A stretch of 64,000 nt of DNA from the human T2T-CHM13v2.0 reference genome, Homo sapiens. Positions 42,881 through 58,530 of the stretch are shown in pieces (the first letter of the stretch is position 1; each line of letters starts with the position of its first letter). The stretch lies in the NCBI RefSeq assembly GCF_009914755.1, contig NC_060925.1. One strand, 5' to 3'. Made by a program: the position numbers and the translations under genes. The notes beneath the pieces are model-generated. The model saw only the letters and a list, made by a program, of their open reading frames with translations, did not search any database and had not been told where the DNA came from.

Positions 42881-43689
42881 TTAGTATTGCTGTTGATGTA
42901 GTTATGTAACTCTTAGCATAGAAGAGGCAGAGTAAATGTATGCATTGGAGGAGACTAGTAGAGTCCATAAACAGGTTCCATATCTTCAGAATATAAATAA
43001 GAATTTGCAAATTTTGCATTTAATCTATTGTCAATATAAAAACATAAATATACCTATAGATTGTTGATGAAAATAGATATGCTTTTTCTAACTGAAACTC
43101 TCAATGCTTATTTACAAATGGAGTTAATAGATGAGATAAAATACTATATTCACAATAGATATAGATGAGATGAGATAAAACGATTAGATAAAAGATAAAT
43201 ATATGAGATAAAAGACTATATTTACAATAAATAGATGAGATAAGAGACAATATCCACAAGAAATTATATGTAACAGAAAGTCATCAACATGACTTGATTT
43301 ATTTGTCTTAACTAACAGCTGATACTGTGAATATGATTTATCATTAAAAGCAAACATTAATTGCCATGGGAATAATATATTAATTGATGCTATTTTGTTA
43401 TTTTTAATAGACTAAGAGCCATATATTAGGCAGAGATCAAGTTCAAACATTTAATAAAAATGTCAATGGACATATTTAAATTCCCAACAAATTGCAACAC
43501 AAATCCTGGAAGCCACCAGTGAGGCACCACCTGGCTAGCAAATTTGTCATTCACCTAGTTCTCTTTCTTCTTCAGCTCAGCAGCCCTGCCCACAAACTCA
43601 TCCTAAGAATGTCAACTATTATAATTAAGTGCCTGCTGCAAATGAAATCACAGTTGGAAGAAAATTTAAACATTCATAATGAGTATGAC

Positions 43690-44131
43690 TTCGTATAATA
43701 AACTTTATAGGAGGCCATTGGTTTAAACTGAACTTCTGCACTAGGTCTAACAGACCAAACCAAAATAGAGTTACTCATCCTGAAATTCCATACCACCAAG
43801 CCAAAACTAACATCTTTATCTGACCTTCCAAGAACAGAAGAGAGAGAAATAATAGTCAAATTCCAAACAGGACAGTTTTAGCTGGCATGATAAGGAAGTC
43901 CCCTCTGCTTTAATCTTTACAAGAAAAGTAACTTTGAAATGACCAATCTGCTTTTTGCTCTTTATTTCTGCTTTCCTCAGCCCTTTTCTGTCTATAAAAC
44001 ACCCTTCTCTGCTCGCGTCATGGAAACAGTCATTCTGTTTTATAGAATAAGATATTGCCTGATATTAGAATCACAAATAAAAGCCAATTAAGATCTTTAA
44101 AGTAAATTTGTTGTAATTGTGTCTTTTGACA
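43690..44131 (+). mobile_element. ERV1-class solo LTR (MER57/MER93-like)
   Basis: 'ataggaggccattgg...ctgcactagg...cagaccaaaccaaaat', CCAAT, TATA-like 'ctataaaa', AATAAA and terminal 'ttttgaca'; 5' boundary and subfamily approximate. Confidence 0.75.
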
Positions 44132-44701
44132 GCCTTTATGTGAACGGTAAAGATAGGATGTAGAGAAGGAAGATAAGAATCCCTTTTCTCCTTGTTCAGA
44201 ATGCCATTTTCTTTCTGACCTTGCACAGACCCTCTTTTCACTGAGTCCCATAATTGTTGGACTGTCACACCTCAGCTAACTCACTGCTGCCGACCTTCGC
44301 TCCTCCACACACCTAGTTACGCTCCCAAGGCCAGATCCTCCTACTAATTCCAAGCTTGCTAGTCAATCTTGGCAGCTTACTATCCTCAGCTAACTTTCAC
44401 TTTCCCAGTTGACTTCTTTATAAACTATCTCAGCACTAAATGTAGGTCTCTACATAACCCCTGTCTCTCAACCCCAGAGAAAATTCATACTTCAATTACA
44501 TCAGTCTTATTCTCTATTTAATATAAATTATGGCATTATTCATGGGCATTCTAGGCCATGTTCTAGAAACTGAGAAAACAAGGTTAAATACAAGGTGGCC
44601 ATTCTCTTGAGGATCTCACAATTTAGCCAGAAACGTAATGCATGCAATCACTAAAAAGTTATACTTACAATAAAAGACAAGTACACAAAGTACCTGTGAT
44701 C

Positions 44702-45146
44702 ATATATATATATATATACACACACTCACACACACACATATATGTGTGTATATATATGTAAAGGGGAGTTCATTAGGCATTAACTCACATGATCACAAGG
44801 TCGCACAATAGGCTGTCTGCAGGCTGAAGATCAAGAAAACCCAGTCTGAGTTCCAAAACTGAAGAATCTGGAGTCATGTTCGAGGGCAGGAAGCATCCAG
44901 CACAAGGGAAAGATGTAGGCTGGGAGGCTAGGCCGACCTCTCTTTTCATATTTTTGGCCTCCTTATATTCTAGCCGTGCTGGCAGCTGATTAGATTGTGC
45001 CCACCAAGATTAAGGGTACATCTGCCTTTCCCAGCCCACTGATTCAAATGATAATCTCCTTTGACAACACCCTCACAGCCACACCCAGGATTAATACTTT
45101 GTATCCTTCAGTCCAATCGAGTTGGCACTCAGTATTAACCATCACA
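44702..45146 (-). mobile_element. 3' LTR, MLT2A1/MLT2A2-like; terminal ~40 bp missing
   Basis: (TA)/(CA) tract, then 'aaaggggagttcattaggcattaactcacatgatcacaagg...'; the expected 'tgtattagtcagggttctct' terminus is absent. Confidence 0.9.
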
Positions 45147-45522
45147 AGTCCACCCCTTGTTAATTTGAACCCACTAACATCTAACATCTCCTGAGATCAT
45201 ACATAATCTTCAAATAAAGACAATAATAAGGTCATAATTATACCTAACATAGAATAGCTATCCTTCACACAACCAGAAATGCATCAATCACCAACCCAAA
45301 TACTATAACATGAAGTTAGCAATACTTAAATACTGATGTGAAGTCAATAAATCTTATGTCACATGATAAAGGAGAAAGGCAATAAAATGAAGATATTTTC
45401 TTAGTACAAGTGTATAAACATTTTTTTAACAAAAGAAGGAGGAAATACTCATGAAAATTACAGTCCTTGTTTCTACAGTTGGTCATGTGGTCATAGTTGG
45501 TATTGATAACTACCTTCTTCTA

Positions 45523-45873
45523 CTACTCCTTCTGTATTTCCTTTGCCTTCAGCAAACACCTCAGCAGTTTGTGGTTTTTTGTTTTTGTTTTTCCTGGTGG
45601 AGTGACCAAAAACATCATTCCTGAAGGATCTGGGCCATCTGTAGTCCTGTCTGGACTGAGCTGTAGTAGTTTCCCACTGACCTTAATCACAGGGCATGAT
45701 AATACTAAGAGATGCCCTAATGGGTCTCCCGTATTCCCTGCATACTCTTCCTTACTGTGGAGTAGGAGACTGATTTCATCTTGATAGTCTGGGTCAGTCA
45801 CCCCAGCCAACACTGTAACTTCCTTAGCCTGTTGCCTTAAAGGTAGGAGGAGCCCAAAGTGTCCAGGTGGCAA
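45523..45873 (-). pseudogene. HERV-L dUTPase remnant
   Basis: PPGHFGLLLP...VTVLAGVTDPDYQDEISLLLH contains dUTPase motif 3 (GxxDxDYxG/D); its position downstream of integrase is characteristic of ERV-L. Confidence 0.85.
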
Positions 45874-46099
45874 ACAATCTTCACTTCCAGTTTAATGGAA
45901 TCATTGTTGTGTCTCCTGGGGCAGCATTCCTCCCTCTTGAACTAAGATCTCTAGGCCAGCAGAACGTAATGTCATGGGAACAGGAAGCAAAAATTTTGCT
46001 AGTGAATCACTAGGGATAATGGTGCCACTTCCATTTCTACCCCTTGATTCCTGGACCTGTGAATCCTGGTAATGGAAGAAACAGTGCCATACATTGGAT

Positions 46100-46863
46100 T
46101 CTGATTCAGAACATACACGGCCTTCTGGAGAACTTCGCCCTAGCCCTGCAAAGTATTGTCACATAGCTAGAGTTGTAGTTGTGACTTCAAAAGACCATTC
46201 CAACATTCTATCAATCCAGCTGCTTCATGATGCTGGGGAACATGGTAAGACGAGTGAATTCCATGAGCATCAGCCCACTTCCACACTTCTTTAGCCATAA
46301 AGTGAATGCCTTAGACAGAGGCAGTGCTATGTGGAATAGCATGATTGTGGATAAGGCATTCCGTGAGTCCATGGATGGTAGTCTTGGCAGAAGAATTGCA
46401 TGCAGGATAGGCAAACCCATATCCTGAGTTAAGTGTCTATTCCAGTGAGAACAAACCTCTGCCCTTTCCATGATGGAACAGCTCCAATATAATCAAACTG
46501 CCACAAGGTAGCTGGCTGATCACCCCAAAGAATGGTGCCATATCGAGGGCTCAGGGTTGGTCTCTGCTGCTGGCAAATTGGGCACTCAGCAGCAGCCGTA
46601 GCCAGGTCAGCCTTGGTGAGTGGAAGTCCACGTTGCTGAGCCCATGCGTAACCTCCATCCCTGCCACCATGGACACTGTGTTCATGGGCCCATTGAGCGA
46701 TGACAGGGGTGGCTGGGGAAAGAGGCTGAGTGGTGTCCACAGAACAGGTCATTCTATCCACTTGATTGTTAAAATCCTCCTCTGCTGAGGTCACCCATTG
46801 GTGAACACTCACATGAGATACAAATATCTTTATGGTTTTTGACCACTCAGGAGGTCCATCCAC
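46100..46863 (-). pseudogene. HERV-L integrase remnant
   Basis: HHCC zinc finger (WAHEHSVHGG...ECPICQQ) and the first catalytic Asp region (WQFDYIG...VLTGIDT); frameshifted. Confidence 0.9.
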
Positions 46864-48599
46864 ATACCTCTTCCCTACATTTCTTTGTCACCAGTTTTCC
46901 AATCATGCTTCTTCCATGTCCCTAACCATCCAAACAAACCATTGGCTACAGCCCATAAATCAGTATATAATCACCCATCTGGCCATTTCTCCTTCCATGC
47001 AAAGTGCACAACCAGGTACACTGCTCGATGTTCTGCCCACTGGGAAGATTTCCCTTCACCACTTTCCTTCAGGGATGTCCTAGAAAGGGGCTGTAGTGCT
47101 GCAGCTGTCCACTTGCAGGTGATGGATCTTGTAGAACCATCTGTGAACCAGACCCTAGTCTTCTCTTTTTCTGTCAACTGATCACAGGAAACTCCCCATG
47201 AGGCCACTGGTGTAGGCTGGAGGAGAGAGGAGGGTGGCAGGAGTAGAGACCATGGGAATTTGAGCCACTTCCTCATATAACTTACTTGTGCCTTGAGGAC
47301 CTGCTAGAACCTGATTATGTATATACCACTTCCATTTGATAATGGAATGCTGCTGTGCATGACCAACTTTGTGGCTAGATGGGTCAGAAAGCACCCAGAT
47401 CATGATAGGCAGTCCAGGTCACATGGTGACTTGATGACCCATAGTCAAACGTTTAGTTTCTATCAAAGCCCAGTAACAGGCCAAGAGTTGTCTCTTAAAA
47501 GGAAAGCAGTTATCTGCAGAAGATGGCAGGGCCTTGCTCCAAAATCCTAGAGCCGTCTGCTGTGATTCACCTACAGGGCCTGCCAAAGGCACCAAAGAGT
47601 ATCCCTATCTGCCACTGACACCTCAAGCACCATAGAATCTGCTAGGTCATATGGCCCAAGTGGCAGAGTGGGTTGCACAGCAGTCTGGACCTGTTGCAGA
47701 GCTTTCTCCTATTCTGGACCCCACTCAGAACTGGCAGCCTTTTGGGTGACTCAGTAAATGGGCTGGAGTAATGCCCAAATGAGGAATGTGTTGCCTCCAA
47801 AATCCAAATAGGCCCACTAGGCATTATGCCTCTTTCTTGGCTGTAGGAAGGGCCAAATGCAGCAACTTATCATAACTTCACCTGGGAAAGAATATCTTGA
47901 CAGGCCCCACACCACTGGATGCCTAGAAATTTTACTAAGGTAGAAGGTCCTTGAATTTTATTCGGATTTATTTTCCATCTTCTAGTACACAAATGTCTCA
48001 CCCAATAAGTCCAGTGTGTTTGCGACTTCTTGCTCACTGGATCCAATTAGCATAATGTCATCAATGTGATGAGCCAGTGTGCTATCTTATGGAAGTGAAA
48101 AGTGATCAGCATCTCTCCAAATAAGATTATAATACAAATCCAGATAGTTGATAAACTCCTGGGGTAGGACAATAAAGGTATATTGCCAGCCTTGCCAGCT
48201 GAAAGCAAATTGCTTCTGGGGGGCCTTATGGACAGGAATGGAGAAAAAGGCATTTGCCAAGTCAGTGGCTGCATACCAGGTACCAGGAGATGTGTTAATT
48301 TGCTCAAGCAATGAAACCATAACTTCTATGGTGGCTGCAATTGCAGTCACCACTTGGTTAAGCTTATGATAATCCATTGTCATTCTCCAAGATTCATCTG
48401 TCTTCTGCATGGACCAAATGGGAGAGTTGAACGGACATCTGGTGTGAATCACCACCCCTGCATCTTTCAAGTCCTTGAGGGTGGAACTAATCTCTGCAAT
48501 CCCTCCAGCAATGCAGTACTGTTTTTGATTTACTATTTTTCTAAGTAGAGGTAGCTCTAATGGCTTCCATTTGGCCTTTTCCACCATAGTAGCCCTCAC
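46864..48599 (-). pseudogene. HERV-L reverse transcriptase / RNase H remnant
   Basis: RT motifs FNSPIW..KTDESWRMTMDYHKLN and DLANAFFSIP..QFAFSW; RNase H motif WFTDGS...SSQWAE; several frameshifts. Confidence 0.9.
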
Positions 48600-48899
48600 C
48601 CTACCAGTCAGGGAGACAGCTTGGGGGTTTGACAGGTGCTAATTATGTCTATGCCAATTATGCATTCTGGCACTGGGGAAATGACCACAGGATGAGTCCA
48701 GGAACCCACTGGACCCACTGTAAGTCGCACCTGAGCTATAACTCCAACCTGACCTCCATAAGCACCTACTTTAACTGGAGGACCACAATGATGGTTTTGG
48801 GTCCCATAGAATCAATGTCAGCTCAGAGTCACTGCCCAGTAGTGCCCGAAATGTCTGATCATTTTCCTTTTCCCAATGCACAGCTACCCTGGTAAAAGG

Positions 48900-50741
48900 C
48901 TGGAGGTCTCCTTTTGGAAGGATGGGAGAAAAATTCACTGCATAAATTGTCAGAAATGTAGCAGGGTCCTTCCTCAAGGGGACCTGAACTCCCATTCATT
49001 CAAGGGGCTCTGGGTCTCTAAACTGGCTCATGTCTGGAAATTGATTGAGGGGCTATGATACTCTGTTTTTATAATTCAAATTAGCCTTCTGTTCATTTGA
49101 CCTAGGTTTTCTGCTTGTATAAATTAAGTAGGAATGCAGTAGGCTTCCTATAATTTTCACTTCTAGGAACACTGTGATTAATTAGCTAATGCCAGAGCTC
49201 TACACAAGTCAGACTATTCTGATTGCCATTTTGCCTCTGCTGTCCATTACAGTAGCTATGCCCATCTTGCCTTTGCCAGTTAAGTGCCGCCACTTGACCC
49301 CTGCCATCTTGAGATCCAATTATTCCCATTGTATTTAAATTTTGTAGTTGAGTGACTGCAGTTCCCAGTGTTACATCTGGAATACAGAGAAGAGCAATTA
49401 CAGGGCTCTTTAAAGATGCAGAGGCTGCCCTCACAAATCTATTTCACAAGGCATTAGTCAAGGGTATATCTTCTGGACCCTCCCAGCTGGGATGAGTAGG
49501 TCTAAAGTGATTAATCCACTCCACCATCCCAATCTCCCTAAGCCTTTTGATCCCTTTTTCTACATTAAACCAAGAAAGATATGGCATTTCCAGCTCACTC
49601 ACAGTGGACCATCATTTAATCAATATTTCAGCTAACCAAGCAAATAAACTATTAGAATCTTTTTTAACTCCCCAAGCTGCAAGATTAAATGCAGAGTCCC
49701 TACTTAGTGGGCCCAAATCAATAAATTCAGCCTGATCCAACTCTATGTTCATTCTGCCATTATCCCAAACCCTTAATATCCATTCCCATGCTTGTTCTCC
49801 AGATTTCTGTTTATATGATTTAGAAAACTCAAGCAGTTCTTTTTGAGTGTAGAACACCTCCTTACTTATGGGTCCCACTCTCAACCCCTCTTCTAGGGGC
49901 CTGCCAGGACTTTAGTCTAGTTATAGGTATAAAAGCAAACAGGGGTGTTGGAGGTAGCTCCTGATGAGAATCAACATTATCTTGCCTGACAAGTGCCTCA
50001 GCGGAGGCCATCATTGTTGCCTCAGGCAAAACAGGATTTATCTCCTTAGACAAAGGTGGACAGGCTGATAGTAGCATGGGTCAGGGTGGGGATCTTGCCA
50101 CTACTGGGCATGGGGAAGCTGTTTCTTCTAGCAAAAAAGGTTCATCAGAGTTTACAAACTCAGTGTTTCCAGCTTCATCGGTGTCCTCCCACACATCCCC
50201 ATTCCAAGTTGCAGGGTCCCATTCTTTTCCAATCAATACCCTCACTTTAACAGTAGACATCTGGTGAGGCTGTTCATGACCTTTCGTTACAGGTCAGCTA
50301 CTCGCATGATAAGAGCTTGTGCCTGTTTTTCCACAATTTCACTTTTTCTCTACAGGAATAAGACTCTCACTCAGGGCAATCTTACCAGATTTGAAGCTTA
50401 GTATCTGCTTCAGCAGCCAGGTGATAGAATTCCTGTGTTCATCATTTTCTTTCATTACTTCATTCATTGAACTTAGGAGCAACCAACCAGCTTCATTATG
50501 TTGCATATGTTCTCCACATATGGTCAAAGGTATTAGGTATGGAGTCACTAAATTCCTTGCCTCTCACGAGTGATGAATCACGAGTGTCAAATGCATTTAT
50601 TTTGCGTAACTCTCTAAACAGTTTACACCAAGGACTATCAGTGTTCTCCATACTATTAGAAGTAGAGCCCTTAGCATTTTTAGGTCTAAGTATATTAAAC
50701 AGCCAACTCCAGAAACAACAAAACCAATGAAAGAACTCCAT
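48900..50741 (-). pseudogene. HERV-L gag remnant
   Basis: FWSWLFNILRPKNAKGSTSNSMENTDSPW and YKQKSGEQAWEWILRVWDNG...LDQAEFIDLGPLSRDS are ERV-L gag peptides; fragmented. Confidence 0.88.
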
Positions 50742-50785
50742 CCTTAGAATTCTGTTCCTCTAGAACAACTTCTGGTACCAAAATC

Positions 50786-51023
50786 TGTATTATTCAAGGT
50801 TCTCTAAAGGGACAGAATTATAGACCATCTGCTGCTTGCTTATATTCTAGCTGTGCCAGCAGCTGATTATTTTGTGCCCACCCAGATTTAGTGTGGGTCT
50901 GCCTTTCCCAGCCCACTGACTCAAGTGTTAATCTCATTTGGCAACACCCTCATATACACACCCAGGATCAATAATTTGTATCCTTCAATCCAATCAAGTT
51001 GACACTCAGTATTAACCATCACA
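50786..51023 (-). mobile_element. 5' LTR (MLT2A) with an internal deletion
   Basis: Both termini are present ('tgtattattcaaggttctct' and 'aaccatcaca') but the LTR is only 238 bp; the segment matching ~44702-44950 of the other LTR is missing. Confidence 0.9.
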
Positions 51024-51049
51024 CTGCTGTTGTTCAGAACTATCTCCCA

Positions 51050-51760
51050 CTCACTTTCTAAGCCATTCCAAACTTTCATCGTCCTCTGCCAGCAGTCTAT
51101 CCAATATTTAAATCTCTCTTTTTCAGAAGGCTGACTTGCCACCCACTTTATCAAGAAAATTGAAAGTATCAACATGAGCTACCTCAAACTAGAAGTAGCT
51201 GCCTTTTATTCCTGTCATGTCTTTTCAGGACAGCTTCCATGTGTGGTTGTAATCACATTTCCTTATGCCTCCTTTGGGTCTTTGCTCCATTTCTCTTATG
51301 TTTTCAAATTTTTTTATTATTTCTTCTCCCTCACATCTCTCTCAGCATATCAGGTAATTTCTTGATCCAAAGTACACCCTTGGTGGACATTCCTTCTTTT
51401 CTCAGCGAACCTTCTTGAAAAAGCACTATCCTTAATTTTTCATGTCTTTCTTCCATTCACTTTTCCAGCCACTGTACTCTACCTTCAGCTCTGTCCATTC
51501 CTCTGAAACAACTGTGGCCAAAGTCATGAGAGCCTAAACCAACAATTTAACCCATTGTTTAATCCATTGGACACTTCTTGCAGTTCCCATGTTACTAAAT
51601 CTCTGCTGCTTTTGATAAAGTTCTGATTTTTTTCTTCTTGAAAATTCTTCATTTTTGTGGATTCCGTGGCATACACTCTTTCACAATATTTCACCTAACC
51701 AATAGTACCATTTTAGCCTATTTCACATGGTTCCCATTGTCTTTCAGGCTCTTTATTACA
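51050..51760 (+). mobile_element. Degenerate L2
   Basis: 'ccattcctctgaaacaactgtggccaaagtca...ctctgctgcttttgataaagtt...cttcttgaaa' matches the L2 ORF region. Confidence 0.6.
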
Positions 51761-51779
51761 CTCAGCAGATTCCATTAGT

Positions 51780-54700
51780 TTGTATTTTAGTCTAATTTAT
51801 CAAACTGCCTACTGTAGGACTTTGGAATAGACCTGTGAGCAACACAAAGTTTCTACACCCATATAGTTTGCATCCCTGTTTGTGTCTGTGTGGAATAAGT
51901 TAAATCAGATACAGGGAAACAGCCTATAATAAAATAAACAATGACAAACCAAAAATTTTGACATGTGCTATTTAGATAATTTAATTAAGCTGATGTGATA
52001 GTGATTGCGAGTCAGAGGATGTTTCATTGAGACTGTATTTATATTGATCTCTGAATGACAGAAGAAGGCAGCCACAGACTGTTGCTAGTAAGAATAGTTC
52101 AAGGGGAAAATTGCCCATCTGATGTTGTGAATGAATTTACCGTGTTTGAAGAGGACAGAGATGTCTATTGGGTTGAAAGTCTAGTGAGTGATGAAAAAAA
52201 ATATAGTTAGGGAACGTGCCAAATCAGTAGAGCTTTAAAGTCAATATGAGAAAGCTTTAATGAGAAACAGGAAAGTAATATGATATAATTCATATCTTTG
52301 TATTGATAATATTTGTACAAATTAATGTGGCACATATAATATTTCATTAAAGGAATATAATGTATAATGATCAAGTCAGAGTATTTGGAGTAATAATCAC
52401 CTCAAGTATTTCTATGTGTGGGGAACATTTCAAGTCCTCTTTTCTAGCTATTTTGAATTATACAATACATTGTTGTTAACTATAATCACCCTACTCTTCT
52501 ATCAAACATTGCAACCTATTCCTTCTATCTGATTGTATGTTTCAGGAGAATTGGTGTTAGTCTTCTTTGAATGTTTGGTAGAATTTGGCAGTAAAGCCAT
52601 TCAGTCCTGGACTTTTCCTGGTGGGGAGATTTTTTTTCATTACAGCTTCAACTTAATTACACATTATTGATCTGTACAGATTTTTTATTCCTTTCTGATT
52701 CAATCTTGATAGGTTGAAATTAATCCATTAATTAATGCAGAAATTAATCCATTTCCTTTAGGGTTTACAATTGATTAGCATACAGTTTTCCATAACAGAC
52801 TCTTCTGAAGTATCAGCTACAATGTCTCCTTTTACATTTGTAATTTTGTTTAGTTGTGTTTTGTTTTCTTTTTTCTTGGTTAATCTAGCTAATATTTTAT
52901 TGATTCTTTTGTCTTGTTGATTCTTTGTATTGTGTTTTTTTAGTCTCTATTTAGTTTTGCTCTGTTCTTTATTACTTCTTTACATTTACTAAATTTGGGC
53001 TTGTTATTTCTTGCTTTTCTAGTTTCTTGAGGTGCATCACTAGAGTGTTTATTTGAATCTTTCTACTTTTCTGATTTAGCATTTATTTCTATAAACTTTC
53101 CCCTTAGCACTGCTTTTGCTGCACCCCACAGGTTTTGGAATGTTGTGTTTCAATCCTAATTTGTTTCAGCAATTTGTTTCTTGTCTCTTTATTTTCTTTC
53201 TTGATTCATTGGTTATTCTGGAGTATGTTAATTTTCACATATTTGTAAAGTTTCCAAAGTTTTACCTTATTATTTATTTCTAGTTTTATTACATTGTGAT
53301 CCAAGAAGATGCCTAATATGATTTTGATTTTGTTTTAATTTGCTGAGTCTTGTTTTGTGTCCTAACATATGATCTCTCCTAGAGAATATTCTGTGTGCTG
53401 AGAAGAATGTGTATTTTGTAGCTGTTATGTAAAATATTCTGTACATTTCTGTTCCATTTGCTCTAAAGTTCAGTTTAAATCCAGTGTTTTCGTTTGTTTG
53501 TCAATTTTCCATCTGGACGATACATCTAATTTGAGAGTGGAGTGTTGAAGTTTCCAACTACTATGTATTCTAGTCTATCTTTTCCTTTAGCTCTACTAAT
53601 ATTTGCTTTATATATCTGGATGCTCCGGTGTGGGATGCATATGTGTTTAGAATTGTTATATCCTTGATCCCTTTGTCACTATATAATGACCTTCTTCGTC
53701 TCTTGCTCCTCGGGAGGGTGGTCTTGCTTTCAGTGGCAGCAGCTGCGTGTAGGCAGTTGGGAAGCACATACTTCCCTTGTGCTTCTCTGTGGTGGTAGCT
53801 GCAGCTGCTTTGTGCGGGAAAGTGTGTCCTCAGGGCACATGAAAATTCACAGTGGCTCTGATGCTGGAGCAGTAAGGACTTTGCCAATGGCTCTTACTTC
53901 AGGCTAGCTGGCATCAGCATGTCATGGTGGCGGCTACAGGTGAGAAATGTAAATGTGCTCTAGAGATGTAGTGATGCAAGGGCTTTTGGTCCCCAAGGCA
54001 GAATATAGTCTAGTCTCTCAAAATGTTGTCATGCTGCAGCTTCTTAGGGTTCAGAGTAGGTATGGGGCCCAGTGTGAGTTCTCTCCCTGGAGCAATACCT
54101 TCATGTAGTTTTCAGGAAGCTCTCTATTTAAGCCTCAGGCCCACTAATGTCTAGGTGTTTTCCTGTGGCCTGGATATAGGAGTTTATAGTTAGAATGTGG
54201 ACTACTGGGGGTCAATCACTTACAATTTCCCCCAATTCAGGAGCCACTCCAGGCTCTTAGAGAATCCCAGCTGAGCAGACTACCTTGCTTCCCTCTCCCT
54301 TCTTGCTTTAAATGTTTCCTTTCACTCCTCCATTGAATGCGGTGTTTTTCCTTAAATGATCTGATGAAATTGTGATTACCCACTATTTTGCTGCTTTTTT
54401 GTGATGGAGGTGAGTTACAAGATGCCTTTAGTTATCTATTTTGAAGCCCTCCAAAAATGTATATCTTTATAAGGTCAGGCTGCTTTGGGAAAGTATATTG
54501 AAATTAGCAACGAGTGGCAACAAAAAGACTACTTAGATGATTGTTGCACTGAACTGTTTGGGATATAGCAATGGCCTCCTGGGCAATTGAGAATAGTAGG
54601 AGTAAAGATGAAAGCAGAGGATATTTTGGGGTACATTTGGAGGTGGTGGCAGAAGTTGCCAGTAAATTGAGAATAAAGAATGATGGAAAAGAAATAATGA

Positions 54701-55400
54701 ATGATTGGCTAGATCATTGTGCACTGGTGATGTAAATCATTATGATGAGGAATGGGTGAGTGGTAGTTACAGTAGTGAAACAGGTATGAAGAGTTCTGTT
54801 TTGGCAATGTTTGAGGTTATTATTGACATACTTATAGAGGTGTCAGCTAGGAATTTGATAAAGATCAGTTTGGAATTCAAAGGAAGGCATAACGCAGATG
54901 ATATAAACTTAGACGTTACTACATATAACTTGTACTTAAAGCTGTGGGACAAGATAACGTCTACAAGGGAGATTGTATTGATACAAAGGGAGGGGAGCAT
55001 GGAGCACTGATTCATTTCAAGATTTAATCATCAAAAGAGGATATGAGGCTAGCAAATGAGACCTAGAAGAGAAATAACCAGAGTACTATATTATAGAATT
55101 CAAGAGAAAAATGTATTTTAAGAAGGAGGAAATAAATAATACTGCTTTGGGCCAAATAAGAAAAGACTAATGATGAGAACATTCTATTTTGACAACTTGA
55201 AAGTCAATTGTGACCTACACAGGAACAATCGCAGTGAAATGGTGAGGGCAAGGACCCTATTACAGAAGGGGAGAGGACAAGGTGATGGGGAAATAGAATC
55301 AGCAACTCGAGATGACACCTTCAAAAAGTTGTATGATCACAGGTAGGAAAGAAATGAAGTGACAACTGGAAGAAGAAGTAAGGTCATGAGAGGATTTGTG
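51780..55400 (-). mobile_element. L2 remnant interrupted by an L1MA insertion
   Basis: L2-like sequence runs up to 52299 and resumes in register at 54461 ('...atatcttt|ataaggtcaggctgct'). Confidence 0.65.
52300..54452 (-). mobile_element. L1MA (L1MA4-like) keeping both termini, with two large internal deletions
   Basis: 3' terminal ~240 bp at 52300-52542, ORF2 endonuclease/Z region at 52543-~53704, 5'UTR at ~53705-54452 ending 'ttttgaagccctcc'; degenerate TSD around atatcttt at 52292 and 54461. Confidence 0.75.
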
Positions 55401-55822
55401 CTTTTGTTTGTTGTATTCACTTGATTTTGTTATTAAGCTAGATAAAACAACTTTATATTTGTTGTAGATTTCTGTAAGGCACCACAATCAACTTCATCCT
55501 TCAACACTGGACTATGGAAATTTTCTACACTCCTTTGTCTCACTCACTCATATCCCATCAATTATGATAAACTGTCAGATTTACCCTCTATTTCCTGAAT
55601 CCAGCTCCTTTTCCCCATCTCTACTGCCATTGTTTTAGTTCAGACACTTAGCTAGATTACGTTATACTCTCCCTTTCTCAATTTCTCATTCTTTAAATAC
55701 TTTCTCTAAATTGCAACCAGAGTTGAGCAGGTTAACTACAACTATTTTAACACCTTCCATGCTGATAACAGAATTAAGTTGAAGCATTGTAACTTCGGAT
55801 AAGAAGCCCAATCAACTTTCTT

Positions 55823-58530
<2,708 letters not shown>

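Larger units (their letters stand above)
44702..51023 (-). mobile_element. HERV-L provirus with MLT2A LTRs (LTR-gag-pol-dUTPase-LTR, no env)
   Basis: Two related LTRs ending 'cagtattaaccatcaca' on the + strand (45146 and 51023). PBS-like 'tggtaccagaagt' on the minus strand next to the 5' LTR, purine tract 'aaggggtggact' next to the 3' LTR, and ERV-L gag/pol/dUTPase peptides in the ORF track. Confidence 0.95.

Noticed and set aside
45523-50741. Possible domesticated or active HERV-L proteins
   Set aside because: gag and pol are broken into many short frames, and the RT catalytic region is out of frame with the upstream motifs.
54705-55010. 101-aa ORF
   Set aside because: Lies within a degenerate L2 remnant; no domain-like features.
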